Virus record (IMG/VR): IMGVR_UViG_3300003322_000802
Span: 1 to 50,111 of that record
Length of the DNA: 50,111 bases
Reading direction: 5' to 3' (one strand)
Source of the DNA: a virus
Part shown: positions 34,973 through 44,333 of the stretch, piece by piece
Layout: each line of letters begins with the position of its first letter
Numbering within the stretch: the stretch's first letter is position 1
The notes under the pieces: model-generated
The model's database searches: none
What the model was told of the DNA's origin: nothing
The model's input: the letters and a program-made list of their open reading frames with translations, nothing else
Program-made: the position numbers and the translations under genes

Positions 34973-35785
34973 TCACCCACCCACCCACCACCAGCTGGTG
35001 GGGGCATGGGTGATTGCGTTCTGGCTGGCGATGGAGGAGCGGCGAGGCCATCCTCGCATCTTGGGGTCCATGTTCCTCACGGCGGGACCCTGCGCCTGCA
35101 TCAGCTGCTGCGCCGCCAGCTCCAGCTCCGCCTCGGCCTCCGCCAGCATCTGGGTGACCGACGGGGGCATCTCACCGGCACGGGCAAACCCCATGCGGAT
35201 CGCGTGGAGAATGGGGAACTCCTCCAGCCCCACCGGCGAGTGGAAACCGGCCAGCTGCCCTGGCCCCGGGGTCACGGTGGCGAGCACCATCTCCGGTAGC
35301 CGCGGCTGCCAGGCGACACGGTAGGTGCCGGTGGTGGGGGATGGGTTGAGCACCACGTTGTAGCCGCCGCTGCCCAGGTCCTCCTCGGCACGCTCCAGCC
35401 ACCAGGTGGTAGCGGAGCCCCGGGTACCTGTCTGGGTCTCCAGCGGCACGGGACCGTAGCTCTGCTGGCTGGGGACCAGGTACCGGAGGGTGCCATCGGA
35501 GTTAACCTCCGCCACCCAGTAGATCACAACCGGCTCAGCGCCCGCCGGGTTACCTGGATCGTAGCCAATCTGCATCTTACCCGCCGCGTTGAAGCTGCTC
35601 TGATCGAACTCACTGTGAGTCGGATGCACCAGCCCCGCGCGGATCAGGCGTCGGTGGAATTTGCTCAGGCCCTGATTGAGCCAGTACAGAGCAGTGCCAT
35701 CGGAGATCCACTGCTTGACGGCAACCTCATCGGCATCTAGATGCGCCCGCATCCGGGCCAGCGCCTCGGTGGTACTTACAAACAC
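34973..35785 (-). CDS. Head-tail adaptor/connector-region protein (270 aa)
   Basis: The role is inferred from its position downstream of the coat gene only. Confidence 0.4.
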   Translation of the reverse strand: MFVSTTEALARMRAHLDADEVAVKQWISDGTALYWLNQGLSKFHRRLIRAGLVHPTHSEFDQSSFNAAGKMQIGYDPGNPAGAEPVVIYWVAEVNSDGTLRYLVPSQQSYGPVPLETQTGTRGSATTWWLERAEEDLGSGGYNVVLNPSPTTGTYRVAWQPRLPEMVLATVTPGPGQLAGFHSPVGLEEFPILHAIRMGFARAGEMPPSVTQMLAEAEAELELAAQQLMQAQGPAVRNMDPKMRGWPRRSSIASQNAITHAPTSWWWVGG

Positions 35786-35827
35786 TGGGTCTCCTGTGTC
35801 ATTGCCCTAGTTCGGCTAGCGCCTCAC

Positions 35828-36241
35828 TCAGAGCGGGTCCTTGAAGGCGTCGATGGCGGGGCCGATAATGGTGAAATCCACCACATCGTTGTCATCGGGG
35901 TCGTTGGTGGCGGGACCCGTGATTCGGCGGGTGGCAACCTGGAAGGTGCGGGCCACCGGATCGTAGGTGTCGCGGACCATGGCAGCCACCGCGTAGGCAG
36001 TGGGAGCCGCAGCCTGCTGCAGCGCCGCCATGGAGAACGTCGCCTGCTTGGGGATTGGGAACGACGGCTTGAGGGTCACGGTGAAGAGACCCGCGGAGTT
36101 GCGGGCCACGGAGAGGACGATACCCGACTTACCATCGCGAATCTCATCGGGGGTGGTGGTGCCGTTGATGCGGAACCGGCCACGGAGGATGAGGACGCGA
36201 CGAGCGTACTGGGTCTCGTCATTGACAGTACCAAGAGCCAT
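35828..36241 (-). CDS. Hypothetical head-associated protein (137 aa)
   Basis: Lies immediately downstream of the coat gene. Confidence 0.45.
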   Translation of the reverse strand: MALGTVNDETQYARRVLILRGRFRINGTTTPDEIRDGKSGIVLSVARNSAGLFTVTLKPSFPIPKQATFSMAALQQAAAPTAYAVAAMVRDTYDPVARTFQVATRRITGPATNDPDDNDVVDFTIIGPAIDAFKDPL

Positions 36242-36264
36242 GTGTATACTCGCTTTCTACAGGC

Positions 36265-37515
36265 TCACGCCGTCTGGAAGGTGGCGTTGGCGATCGGGTA
36301 GACGCAGGTCAGGTGGTACCAGCAGCGGAACCAGATCTGGATACCGTCACCCGAGCCGGTGCCCTCGGCGGGCAGACGGATCACCGTGGTACCATCATCG
36401 TCCATCACATGGGGCACACCCTTCAGGTGGTGGAAGCGCCAGGTGGAGAAGTCGATCAGGTAGCCGCGGCCGCTGGTGAGGACCGGGATCGCGATGCAGG
36501 GAACGGTACCAGAGGGCGTACGAACCAGGAGGGCCCCGGTACCGAACGTCTGCTCCGCCACCGGGTCACGCACGATGCGGGCACCCAGCTCCTGCTCCAG
36601 GGTCAGCCAGTCGGCCGTGGAGAGGCAGACCGCGTACCGCGAGAGACCGCGGTTAACGAAACGACCCATACGGGAGAACGTGAACTTGATGGTCTCCTCG
36701 ATGGAGCCCTGGAACGTGTAGCGCCAGCCGGCCAGATGGTTGGGCCACAGGGACCGGTCAACACCCAGGAACGGGGTCGAGGTCGGATCCGAGGCCGGGA
36801 TGAACGCCGGGATACCGGGGCTGACCGAGTCATAGTCGCCGCGGATGTAGATGTAGTCGTTGTTGGCCCAGTCGCCGCCGGCACCCGAGAAGCGGTCCGC
36901 GGTGACGACGCCGGTGACGTAGTTGACACCGGTCACCTTATAGACGTCGACACGCAGGGTACCCGAGTTACCGGTGCGGTTCGGGTTGGCCTGCAGGTAC
37001 TGGCCGTACTGGAAGTTGTAGGCGTCCTCGATGGTGGCCAGCGTGAGGACACGGGTAGCCGCGGTACCGCCGAGGCCCGCAGCCGCGATGCGACCGATGT
37101 TCGCGGCGCCGTCGCCCCAGACGATCTGCTCCAGGCGCTCCAGCATGTAGTCGGTCTCGCGGTCGGCTTCCGCGGACTTGACGTTGATCAAGGCTCCCGC
37201 CGGGCTCTGCGCGAGAGTCAGACCGGAGATGGTGATGCGGCCGTACATCGACTTGGGGCCGCTGACCAGCCACCGGTAGGCCTTCGACGGGGTGTAGTCC
37301 GTCATGCCGTTGGCGAAGGTCGCGCTAGCGGATGCCGCCTTCAGGGCATCCATCACCTCGAAGAATGCCTCACCCGACGCCAGCATCTGGTCGTTGCGGG
37401 GCAGCATATTGAGGGTGACCCGCTTGCGCATCGACATATTCGTGCGCTCGGGGAGAGAGTAGGTTCGCTTGAAGTACTCGACGAGTACCGCTACAGTTGC
37501 TTCAGGTGCAGCCAT
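36265..37515 (-). CDS. Major capsid (coat) protein, P22-coat-like size and position
   Basis: A 416-aa ORF directly after a scaffold-like gene, in the order TerL-portal-scaffold-coat. Confidence 0.75.
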   Translation of the reverse strand: MAAPEATVAVLVEYFKRTYSLPERTNMSMRKRVTLNMLPRNDQMLASGEAFFEVMDALKAASASATFANGMTDYTPSKAYRWLVSGPKSMYGRITISGLTLAQSPAGALINVKSAEADRETDYMLERLEQIVWGDGAANIGRIAAAGLGGTAATRVLTLATIEDAYNFQYGQYLQANPNRTGNSGTLRVDVYKVTGVNYVTGVVTADRFSGAGGDWANNDYIYIRGDYDSVSPGIPAFIPASDPTSTPFLGVDRSLWPNHLAGWRYTFQGSIEETIKFTFSRMGRFVNRGLSRYAVCLSTADWLTLEQELGARIVRDPVAEQTFGTGALLVRTPSGTVPCIAIPVLTSGRGYLIDFSTWRFHHLKGVPHVMDDDGTTVIRLPAEGTGSGDGIQIWFRCWYHLTCVYPIANATFQTA

Positions 37516-37560
37516 TTCAGATTACCGTATCTTTCATCAGGCAGAGGTGAGCGCGACGAC

Positions 37561-38493
37561 TCACGCAATGCCGAATTTGCGCTTGGTCTCCTCAAGGATC
37601 GCCTGGGTCTTCTGTTCCCAGGTCAGCTCCGAGGACGCTAGCTTGGAGGGAGCGCCGCTGAGGGTGCTCGGGATGGGTGGCTTGGCTGCCGGTACGGTCG
37701 GGTTGGCTGGGTTGGCCGGGGCTGCGGTCGGTGCGCCGGGCGAGGGTTGGGGAGCGATGCCGAGCCAGCTGAGGTTCTTCTCCAGCTGCGCAACGGCCTG
37801 CTCCGGGGTGAGGGGCGCGGTTACGCCAGGGGTACGAGCATGATCAATGACCACGCGCATCAGCTCCTGCTGCGTCCGCTTAGCGTCGCGACCGAGAGCG
37901 GCGGCGACCGAGGGGAACTTACTGGCATCGACACCCGAGGCGTACTCCTGCAAGTCATTGGAGTAGTCTCTTCGGCGAAGCTCGTTGTTGAGGGCTCCAA
38001 GCGCCTGCTTGGCCTCCGCGAGTTCCCGCTGCATGTTAGCCAACTGGCCACTCACAGCTGCCTGTGCCCGCACCTCCGGGGGAGCGTCCTTACCGAGGGC
38101 GTTGGCCACAAGTTGCCGGGTGACGTTCTCCACATCGATGCCGAGCTGCTGCATGGCGGCGAGGGGGTTGGTGTTGAACTGATTTACATCAACCGCGGGC
38201 CGCGCCTGCTCCTGGGGAGTGGGCGGCTGGTAGATGGATTGCTTCCGGCTCTCGCTGACCGTCGACTCCAGATCCGCGATGCGGGCCAGGAGCTTCTGGA
38301 TGTACGGTGGCTCGGCAGCTGGCGGATCGACCGGAGGGGATGGGGCCGGGGCGTTATCCACCGGGACCTCAGCCACCGCAGCAACGGGCTCCGCGGCTGG
38401 GAGGTTCGGCTGGCCATCGGGGGTCAGCAGCTGGGAGGCAATCTCGGCGGCCCTCTGGTTGAAGGCGGCCTGCTCATTGGTGAAATCGGGCAT
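37561..38493 (-). CDS. Scaffolding protein
   Basis: 310 aa, Ala/Pro/Gln-rich helical protein lying between portal and coat. Confidence 0.6.
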   Translation of the reverse strand: MPDFTNEQAAFNQRAAEIASQLLTPDGQPNLPAAEPVAAVAEVPVDNAPAPSPPVDPPAAEPPYIQKLLARIADLESTVSESRKQSIYQPPTPQEQARPAVDVNQFNTNPLAAMQQLGIDVENVTRQLVANALGKDAPPEVRAQAAVSGQLANMQRELAEAKQALGALNNELRRRDYSNDLQEYASGVDASKFPSVAAALGRDAKRTQQELMRVVIDHARTPGVTAPLTPEQAVAQLEKNLSWLGIAPQPSPGAPTAAPANPANPTVPAAKPPIPSTLSGAPSKLASSELTWEQKTQAILEETKRKFGIA

Positions 38494-38558
38494 GTCTATT
38501 CAGATTCCTTGTGAATGCGCGCTAAGGGGCTAGGGCGAACGAAGGTGAGCGGAGCGAA

Positions 38559-40490
38559 CTACTGTACGGGCATGGGGGACGGCGCGGGGATATCCATCCG
38601 CTGCTGCACCCCGGGCATCGGCATCATGGCTCCCATGCCGGGAGGCACGGGGCCGGTACCCAGACCCATCGGCATCGGGTCGGGGGGCAGCGGTGACATG
38701 GCACCCTCCTCCGCATCCGTGACCGGGTTGGTGATTGCGAGAGCGGCACGCAGCCAGCGGACGTGGTTGTCCTTGGCGACGGCCAGCGCCGCGGGATCCG
38801 ATGCGGTCATCCGGCGGAGACGGGCCAGGTTGCTGGTGACGAAGGGAATCCCGAACACCAGGTTCTGGGTGGGATCCGGGGGCTCGTACTCGCCGGCCTC
38901 CAGGCTCTCCACCACCGCCTTGATGTCGTCCACCGTGGCGGTCTCCATGGCCATCACACCCTCCAGATCGGGATTGCCGCTCAGGGTACCCGCCCGCTCC
39001 GGGGTGATCCAGTTGTTGGCCACCCAGGTGTTCAGGGTGTCCATCCTGGCCGCGGGTGTCTGGCTGGTGAGGCTGGTGGGCTCCAGGGACCAGGTGTAGC
39101 AGTTCTCCTCCAGATCCTTCACCTCGCCCCAGTCGATCTCCTCGCCGAAGCCACGGCCATTGGACCAGTAGGTCTTTGCGGTGCCCTGGTAGCGGGTCAT
39201 TACCCGGATCAGAGTCCGGGCAGAGTCGATGCGCAGCTTCTCGAATCGGCGCCAGAGGTGGAGGAAGCGCTGATCTTCTTGCACCCGGAACTCACGGACC
39301 GCGGCGGAGCTATCGAGGCGAACCCCCGAAGGCAGCTGGGCCTGCGCCGTCATCTGGCTCATGCCGAAGAACTCAAAACAGGATCGCACCAGCCGATCCC
39401 GCTCGTTGTACAGCTCCCCGCTAATGGCGTCCCAGGTCATCGCCTCTGGTTTCACGCCGGTGTACTTGATGATGCGACCAATCACGTTGTCGATGGCGTT
39501 GACATCGACGGCGGATCCGGTGTGAACCAGGATGCGGGGGCGGGCCATCAGGTCCTGCGCATCCCGGATCACCTCGTTGATCTCGTTGAGGCGGATCTGG
39601 TAGGGGACCACCTGCTCCACACCGCTGGCCCGGTAGAAACCCGCCTGCCAGGGGGACCAGAAGAACATGACCAGGGGCACCCAGTCCTCGTTCCACTCCT
39701 CATCCAGCAGCACCTTGCCGCAGCAGGCGACCGTGTGCCGGCCCTCCGGACCCTTGCGCCAGGCCTCCACGACGGGAACCCAGCCCTCACCCACGGCACG
39801 GTAGTTGGTGTATCCTCTAGCAAGCTCCTCCTTGCTGAACTCGACTCCGTAGCGCTCGCAGACGGAGGCGACGGGGACAATCTGCCGGATACGGACCGTG
39901 CGGGGCTCCGCGGTGTTGGTGCACTCGGTGTTGTCGACCACCAGGTTGTCGAAGAACACGCGTTCCGCGCAGATCTTCTTCTTCTCGGGGTCCCAGTCGT
40001 ACCTCAGGACGCTGTGGCCCGCGATGAAGGCGTCCAGGAACAGCTGGAGGTGCAGGTCCTCGATGTTAAGATCCCGCCACATGCCCGACAGCCACCGATC
40101 CAGCTTGCGAACCAGCTGGTAGACGCTGAAATCGGCGCCTCGGGGGGTGGGAACGACGCGGGTGGGGCTCGTGGCGGCACGCGACAGCATCGCATCGCCG
40201 ATGGAGAGCACCAGATTCTCGGTCACCAGGTTGCTGGGGGTCCACGCGGACTCCTGCGCCATCTGGTTGGCACCCCAGAAGAAGCCCTGGAGCTGCCGAT
40301 TGGAGTAGAGCGTGGCGTTCCAGAGGTTCAATTCGTGGAGGGAACGCTGCCGCTGCTCAATGGCGGCGGTCTCAGCCACCAGGTGCTGCGCCCGCTTCTC
40401 CTCGATCTGCTCCTTGGACAGCCCCTTGAAGTCCTCGTCCTCCTCCCACCAGGGAACCAGGGGGCTCGTGACGTCATCCACGTAGGTCAC
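38559..40490 (-). CDS. Portal protein
   Basis: 643 aa. Follows the large terminase (with one small ORF between) and precedes the scaffold and coat genes. Confidence 0.75.
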   Translation of the reverse strand: MTYVDDVTSPLVPWWEEDEDFKGLSKEQIEEKRAQHLVAETAAIEQRQRSLHELNLWNATLYSNRQLQGFFWGANQMAQESAWTPSNLVTENLVLSIGDAMLSRAATSPTRVVPTPRGADFSVYQLVRKLDRWLSGMWRDLNIEDLHLQLFLDAFIAGHSVLRYDWDPEKKKICAERVFFDNLVVDNTECTNTAEPRTVRIRQIVPVASVCERYGVEFSKEELARGYTNYRAVGEGWVPVVEAWRKGPEGRHTVACCGKVLLDEEWNEDWVPLVMFFWSPWQAGFYRASGVEQVVPYQIRLNEINEVIRDAQDLMARPRILVHTGSAVDVNAIDNVIGRIIKYTGVKPEAMTWDAISGELYNERDRLVRSCFEFFGMSQMTAQAQLPSGVRLDSSAAVREFRVQEDQRFLHLWRRFEKLRIDSARTLIRVMTRYQGTAKTYWSNGRGFGEEIDWGEVKDLEENCYTWSLEPTSLTSQTPAARMDTLNTWVANNWITPERAGTLSGNPDLEGVMAMETATVDDIKAVVESLEAGEYEPPDPTQNLVFGIPFVTSNLARLRRMTASDPAALAVAKDNHVRWLRAALAITNPVTDAEEGAMSPLPPDPMPMGLGTGPVPPGMGAMMPMPGVQQRMDIPAPSPMPVQ

Positions 40491-40777
40491 AGGCTACCCT
40501 CCGGCTTATTGGGGCTGGGGAATGAGGGGCGGATACCCCCGGGCCACAGGGATGAGGCTCCGTAGGGGTCTGGAATGCTGGGTACAGGCTCCTTCGCTTC
40601 GACTTGGGGTCTGGGAAGGGGAGCCCAGGGAGCTGTTTGTGGCGGACTCTGGGCTTTCTGTGGCTCCTGGGAGAACTCCAGCTCCACATCGCCGAATTTG
40701 ACCCTATGCACGGCCAGACCGCGGCGTTCCAGGCTGTCCAGAAGTTCCTCGAGCACCTCGAGCTGGTCGTTGGTCAT
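40487..40777 (-). CDS. Hypothetical protein (96 aa, Pro-rich C-terminus)
   Basis: ORF between terL and the portal gene, coupled to the portal start. Confidence 0.5.
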   Translation of the reverse strand: MTNDQLEVLEELLDSLERRGLAVHRVKFGDVELEFSQEPQKAQSPPQTAPWAPLPRPQVEAKEPVPSIPDPYGASSLWPGGIRPSFPSPNKPEGSL

Positions 40778-40783
40778 CTAACG

Positions 40784-42475
40784 CTAGTCCTCGTTGAAGG
40801 TAAGGTAGGTTGGCTGCTTGGATCCGAAGGGGAGGTTGTCCCGGGTCAGCATTTTACTGGTGCCGCGGCGACGGGCGTCCATGTCGAGGGTGTGGGCCTG
40901 ACGGGCCTGAGCGAGCTGTGCCGCTTCCCGCTCCACCCACCACTCGTAGGTGCCAGGGATCGCAGCCTCCTTCGGCTTCGCTTTCGCAAAGTGGTGGTAG
41001 CACTCGCGCCACAGGTACAGGAAGCTGTCCGTGACATCGTTGGGGCAGGCCTTGTCCTCGAACAGCTTGTTCTTGTGGGCCAGCTCCCCCTTGGCGCCCT
41101 TGGCCAGATCCCACTGTACGGAGCAGAGCTGATCCTCCAGGTCCGTGCCAGGGATGATCCTGATGCGGCCCAGGGTGAAGTCCGAGTTCATCATCTCGAT
41201 GTAGTCGTTCTTCTCCTGCTTCTTGGCAGGAACGACAGGGAGCCCGTAGCGCTGGATCAGCGTCTCGGCGAAGCTCTTCGCCATGGAGCCGCCGGTATCC
41301 ACCGCAATCACCTCGGGGCGACCGAAGCGCTCGATGGTATTCTGGACCAGATCCACCACCTGATCGATCAGGAGGTGCGGGTGCTTCTCATCGTAGACGT
41401 GGCGGAGTTCCCCCAGCGTCTCGCTCCAGGCGGCCACCGTGATGGCGGTGGGATCATGGAAGCCTACGTCCAGGCCCATCACTAGGTGCCATGGGGCACC
41501 CTCCTCGGGGAGGCCGGTGGGATTAGTATCTGTGCGGTTCGGGCGCCAGGTGACCGAGTGCTCCGCCTTCCGCTTCTGGTCCATGTAGTTATAGACCAGG
41601 CCCTCCGCCGCGGGAATCCAGCGACCCAGGTACTCGCGCTGCCAGGTGGGATGATCGTCACTCCAGCCCTTCAGCTCCTTGAGGTCCAGGGCCTCCTGCC
41701 ACTGGTGCGGCATGTGTTCATTGTCCCTCAGGCTCCAGTGGTGAAAGCTCCACAGGAACTTACGGGGCCGACCCCAGGGGTCATCCTTGCCGTAGGGAAC
41801 CAGCCAGGGCTTTCCCTCGTCCTTGTGCCCCTCCTCCTCATTGACGGCATCGGTGCACGTTGCCTGCCAGAAGGGGCCCGCGAAGATGGAGCCTGGGGTT
41901 CCGATCATCATGATGCGGCCCTTACGCGAGATACGCTGCGGGGCAAGGACATCCGTGATCAGCTCATCGAGAATGGCGGGAGGGAAGCTCTTGCACTCAT
42001 CGATAATGTAGAGATCCGCCTCCATGCCGCGGATGTACTCGATGGCCTGGCGATCCTCGGCACCCAGCAGGTAACCCACGGAGCCGTTTTGATGTTGCCA
42101 GCGGAGTTCCGTGGAGTTGAACTCCAGGCCCAGGCTGTGCTTCCGGTCGAGGAACGGGATTCCGCTCCGCGAGCCATGCCAGAAGTTACGCTTGAGAGCC
42201 TTCAGGGTCAGGGAGATGATGAGCACCATGCTCCCTGGGTTGGCTTCGCCCGTGATAAGAGCCGCGGAGGACGCCATGAAGCTCTTACCCACGCGGCGGG
42301 GGCACAGGGCGCTCACCCACGGGTTGTCATCCAGGATCATCTGCTGCTGGACATGGGCCAGGGAATTGAAAATGTCCCGAGCCCGTTGCTCCCCAGCGGC
42401 CAGCAGCTGCTCACTGTTGAGCGCCAAGCCTCCGGTACGGATCAGGCCAGCGTCAAGAACCCCCTCGAAGCTCAC
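40784..42475 (-). CDS. terL: Terminase large subunit
   Basis: Walker A-like CPRRVGKS, Walker B LYIIDECKSF, and a C-terminal RNaseH-like nuclease block (VIAVDTGG). GTGA-coupled start. Confidence 0.85.
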   Translation of the reverse strand: MSFEGVLDAGLIRTGGLALNSEQLLAAGEQRARDIFNSLAHVQQQMILDDNPWVSALCPRRVGKSFMASSAALITGEANPGSMVLIISLTLKALKRNFWHGSRSGIPFLDRKHSLGLEFNSTELRWQHQNGSVGYLLGAEDRQAIEYIRGMEADLYIIDECKSFPPAILDELITDVLAPQRISRKGRIMMIGTPGSIFAGPFWQATCTDAVNEEEGHKDEGKPWLVPYGKDDPWGRPRKFLWSFHHWSLRDNEHMPHQWQEALDLKELKGWSDDHPTWQREYLGRWIPAAEGLVYNYMDQKRKAEHSVTWRPNRTDTNPTGLPEEGAPWHLVMGLDVGFHDPTAITVAAWSETLGELRHVYDEKHPHLLIDQVVDLVQNTIERFGRPEVIAVDTGGSMAKSFAETLIQRYGLPVVPAKKQEKNDYIEMMNSDFTLGRIRIIPGTDLEDQLCSVQWDLAKGAKGELAHKNKLFEDKACPNDVTDSFLYLWRECYHHFAKAKPKEAAIPGTYEWWVEREAAQLAQARQAHTLDMDARRRGTSKMLTRDNLPFGSKQPTYLTFNED

Positions 42476-42723
42476 TTCTTGCCTTCCGCTTTCTTCTTCT
42501 CAGCGATCTTGTTGGCATCGGAGCTGAGGGGACGCCATCGCCGGATCTCGCCACTGTGGATCGAGTACCGGTCGCCACCCACGTAGGCGACCCCCAGCTC
42601 CTCGTCCACATCCAGCACCTTCACATCCTCGTAGGTCACGATGCTGAGCGGCGTCCGTTTCCCGGGGATACGGACCACACAGCCGAAACTGAATTCAATT
42701 TCACTTTGTGCGACGCGAGCCAT
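42472..42723 (-). CDS. Hypothetical protein (83 aa, Lys-rich tail)
   Basis: ORF coupled to terL and to the GNAT gene. Confidence 0.5.
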   Translation of the reverse strand: MARVAQSEIEFSFGCVVRIPGKRTPLSIVTYEDVKVLDVDEELGVAYVGGDRYSIHSGEIRRWRPLSSDANKIAEKKKAEGKK

Positions 42724-43169
42724 CAGTCTCTCTCCTTACGCGGAGACACCGGGTCCCACGTCCAGCCGAAGTCAAACAGGGGGGCGCATCCATTGGTCCG
42801 GTGGGTGAATCTCCCCACCCGGATGCCCAGGGTATCCATCACGTGGTTGAAGAGGAGGCGACCGATGCCGAAGCCCCGGAAGCCGGTCTTCTTGACGAAG
42901 ACGTAGTGGAGCAGGTCCGGCGCCTCGTAGCACACGAAGCCCACCAGCCGCTTGCCACCGTCACTCTTCGCCACCTCGGCCACGTCGACTCGAGCCCCCC
43001 GGGTCATGAGCCCCGCGATGCAGGACCGGGTGACCTCCCAGATCATGTTGTTGGGGATGCAGCCGGCCCAGGGTGAGGTGCGCCAGGAACGGATCCAGCC
43101 GTCCAGGATGAAGTTGAAATCCTCAGGGACCGCGGGGCGAATGGTGACCGCTGACGCCAGCTCATTCAT
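42723..43169 (-). CDS. GNAT-family N-acetyltransferase
   Basis: Acetyl-CoA motif FRGFGIGRLLF (R/Q-x-x-G-x-G/A) preceded by a beta-strand VGFVCYE. ATGAATGA overlap with the upstream gene. Confidence 0.7.
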   Translation of the reverse strand: MNELASAVTIRPAVPEDFNFILDGWIRSWRTSPWAGCIPNNMIWEVTRSCIAGLMTRGARVDVAEVAKSDGGKRLVGFVCYEAPDLLHYVFVKKTGFRGFGIGRLLFNHVMDTLGIRVGRFTHRTNGCAPLFDFGWTWDPVSPRKERD

Positions 43170-43680
43170 CCGGATCCTCTTTCCACGCGTGCTCCCCGGA
43201 CTCACCCCTGCGCTCCGCCTGGATGGTCTCCAGGATCTTACTGACCGCGGTGTGCGGCGCCATCTTGTTCCTGGCCAGCTTCTTCTGGTCCTCGTGACCC
43301 TTGGCCAGGCGCTCCAGGAAGTCGGTGCGAACCCGAGGCTCCTGCCCCAGCATGAACTTCAGCATCTCGTTGATGCGTTTGGTAGGCGACATGATCTGGT
43401 CCAGCTTCTCATAGGCCTTCGCAAGATCAATCTTAGTTTTCGCCGCCTTCTCCAGCATCCCGGTGATAGCCGTCATTTTTACCACCACCTGCCGATCCGC
43501 GAACTCCCCGGAGCCGCCGTCGATCGAGATCATCTCCCGGTTGACGCGCTCCTGCATGGTGCGGATCATCCTCAGCTGCTGGTCCAGCATCCTCTCGAGG
43601 TCAGCGGCACGTCCCTGCGCCGTTATGGTGGCCTCGATGCGCTCCTCTTCCGTCCAATTCGCTGGTCTACTCATCCTCAT
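43162..43680 (-). CDS. Helical protein at the head of the late operon; small-terminase candidate
   Basis: The role is inferred from position only. In-frame upstream ATGs at 43806 and 43881 would extend it with low-complexity sequence. Confidence 0.35.
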   Translation of the reverse strand: MRMSRPANWTEEERIEATITAQGRAADLERMLDQQLRMIRTMQERVNREMISIDGGSGEFADRQVVVKMTAITGMLEKAAKTKIDLAKAYEKLDQIMSPTKRINEMLKFMLGQEPRVRTDFLERLAKGHEDQKKLARNKMAPHTAVSKILETIQAERRGESGEHAWKEDPDE

Positions 43681-44069
43681 CCAATCCGATAGGTAAATAC
43701 ACGAAGAGGCAGGGAGGACTTGACCCTCTACCCGCCTCTCTTCTTCTCCGCTGCTCAGGTTATCGTGGCTACTCGCAGAGCCGCGCCTCCGGCCTGACTC
43801 CGTCATTGCCACCAGCTCCACTATCCCGGGGCCGAGGTAACGAGGCACCCGGGGGAGCGAGGTACGAGCGACTATGCCCAACGCGCGCCCCGTCCACCTG
43901 CAGCCTCGACTCCCTCCGCGCGCTCCACTCCCAGCCGCTCCAGGGCCGCGGGGCCCGCTGGCGACTCGGCAGCCCTCGCGCCAGCCCGGTGCAGCTGGTA
44001 TCCAGAGCGGGTACCCGTGGGCACCCTCGCTCAGTCGCCGCGTGGGCTCTCAGAATCAGGTACATATAC

Positions 44070-44098
44070 AATGTAACCACTAAAAATTAGGCTGTCAA
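44070..44098 (-). promoter_or_regulatory. Leftward sigma70 promoter: TTGACA, 17 nt, TACATT
   Basis: The reverse complement of 44093-44098 is TTGACA and that of 44070-44075 is TACATT. It lies in an AT-rich island and points at the late arm. Confidence 0.55.
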
Positions 44099-44116
44099 GG
44101 GGGGTACAGCGTGAGA

Positions 44117-44143
44117 TGACAGAACTGTCACACAACTGTCACA
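44117..44143. repeat. Operator-like repeats: inverted TGACAG-aa-CTGTCA, plus the 10-bp direct repeat AACTGTCACA x2 with 11-bp phasing
   Basis: Direct reading. Related copies are CTGTCA at 44092-97 (overlapping the -35) and TTGTGAC at 44184-90 and 44293-99. Confidence 0.6.
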
Positions 44144-44333
44144 TAGCTGCGATGCGTCATAGGTGTAAGTACTTGATCTCTGGTTGTGACCTTGTGCGTT
44201 ATTTCTGAGGGTGGAGATTGGGCAAAGCTAGGCGATGCTTTGGGAATTGGGGGCTGGGGACCCCAATAACTTAGCTAGGGTCGGTCTGAAAATTGTGACT
44301 CCGCGCGTGGCGTAGAGCAAAACCCGTGCCAAA

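Noticed and set aside
38763-40565. Very long ORFs antisense to or out of frame with the structural genes: the 600-aa plus-strand ORF opposite the portal gene, and also 31996..33417, 36313..37641, 41486..42586, 33514..34653 and 12843..13775.
   Set aside because: These are typical high-GC shadow ORFs. Their translations are Arg/Gly/Pro/Ala/His-rich low-complexity strings with poor third-position GC bias. Each lies entirely within a gene that has recognisable motifs or a coherent position in the morphogenesis operon.
43681-43881. N-terminal extension of the first late gene back to ATG 43881 or 43806, as drawn in the ORF track.
   Set aside because: The extension is low-complexity (SGRRRGSASSHDNLSSGEEERR) and would run through the terminator-like hairpin. 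The helical, well-behaved sequence starts at MRMSRPANW (43680). It is kept only as an alternative.
43960-44069. TPP-riboswitch-like words on the minus strand of the late leader (ACCUGAU, CUGAGA, GGGUGC, CUGGAUACCAGC).
   Set aside because: The words occur in the wrong order relative to the THI-box consensus. The key ACCUGAUCUGGAUAAUGCCAGCG block is not intact.
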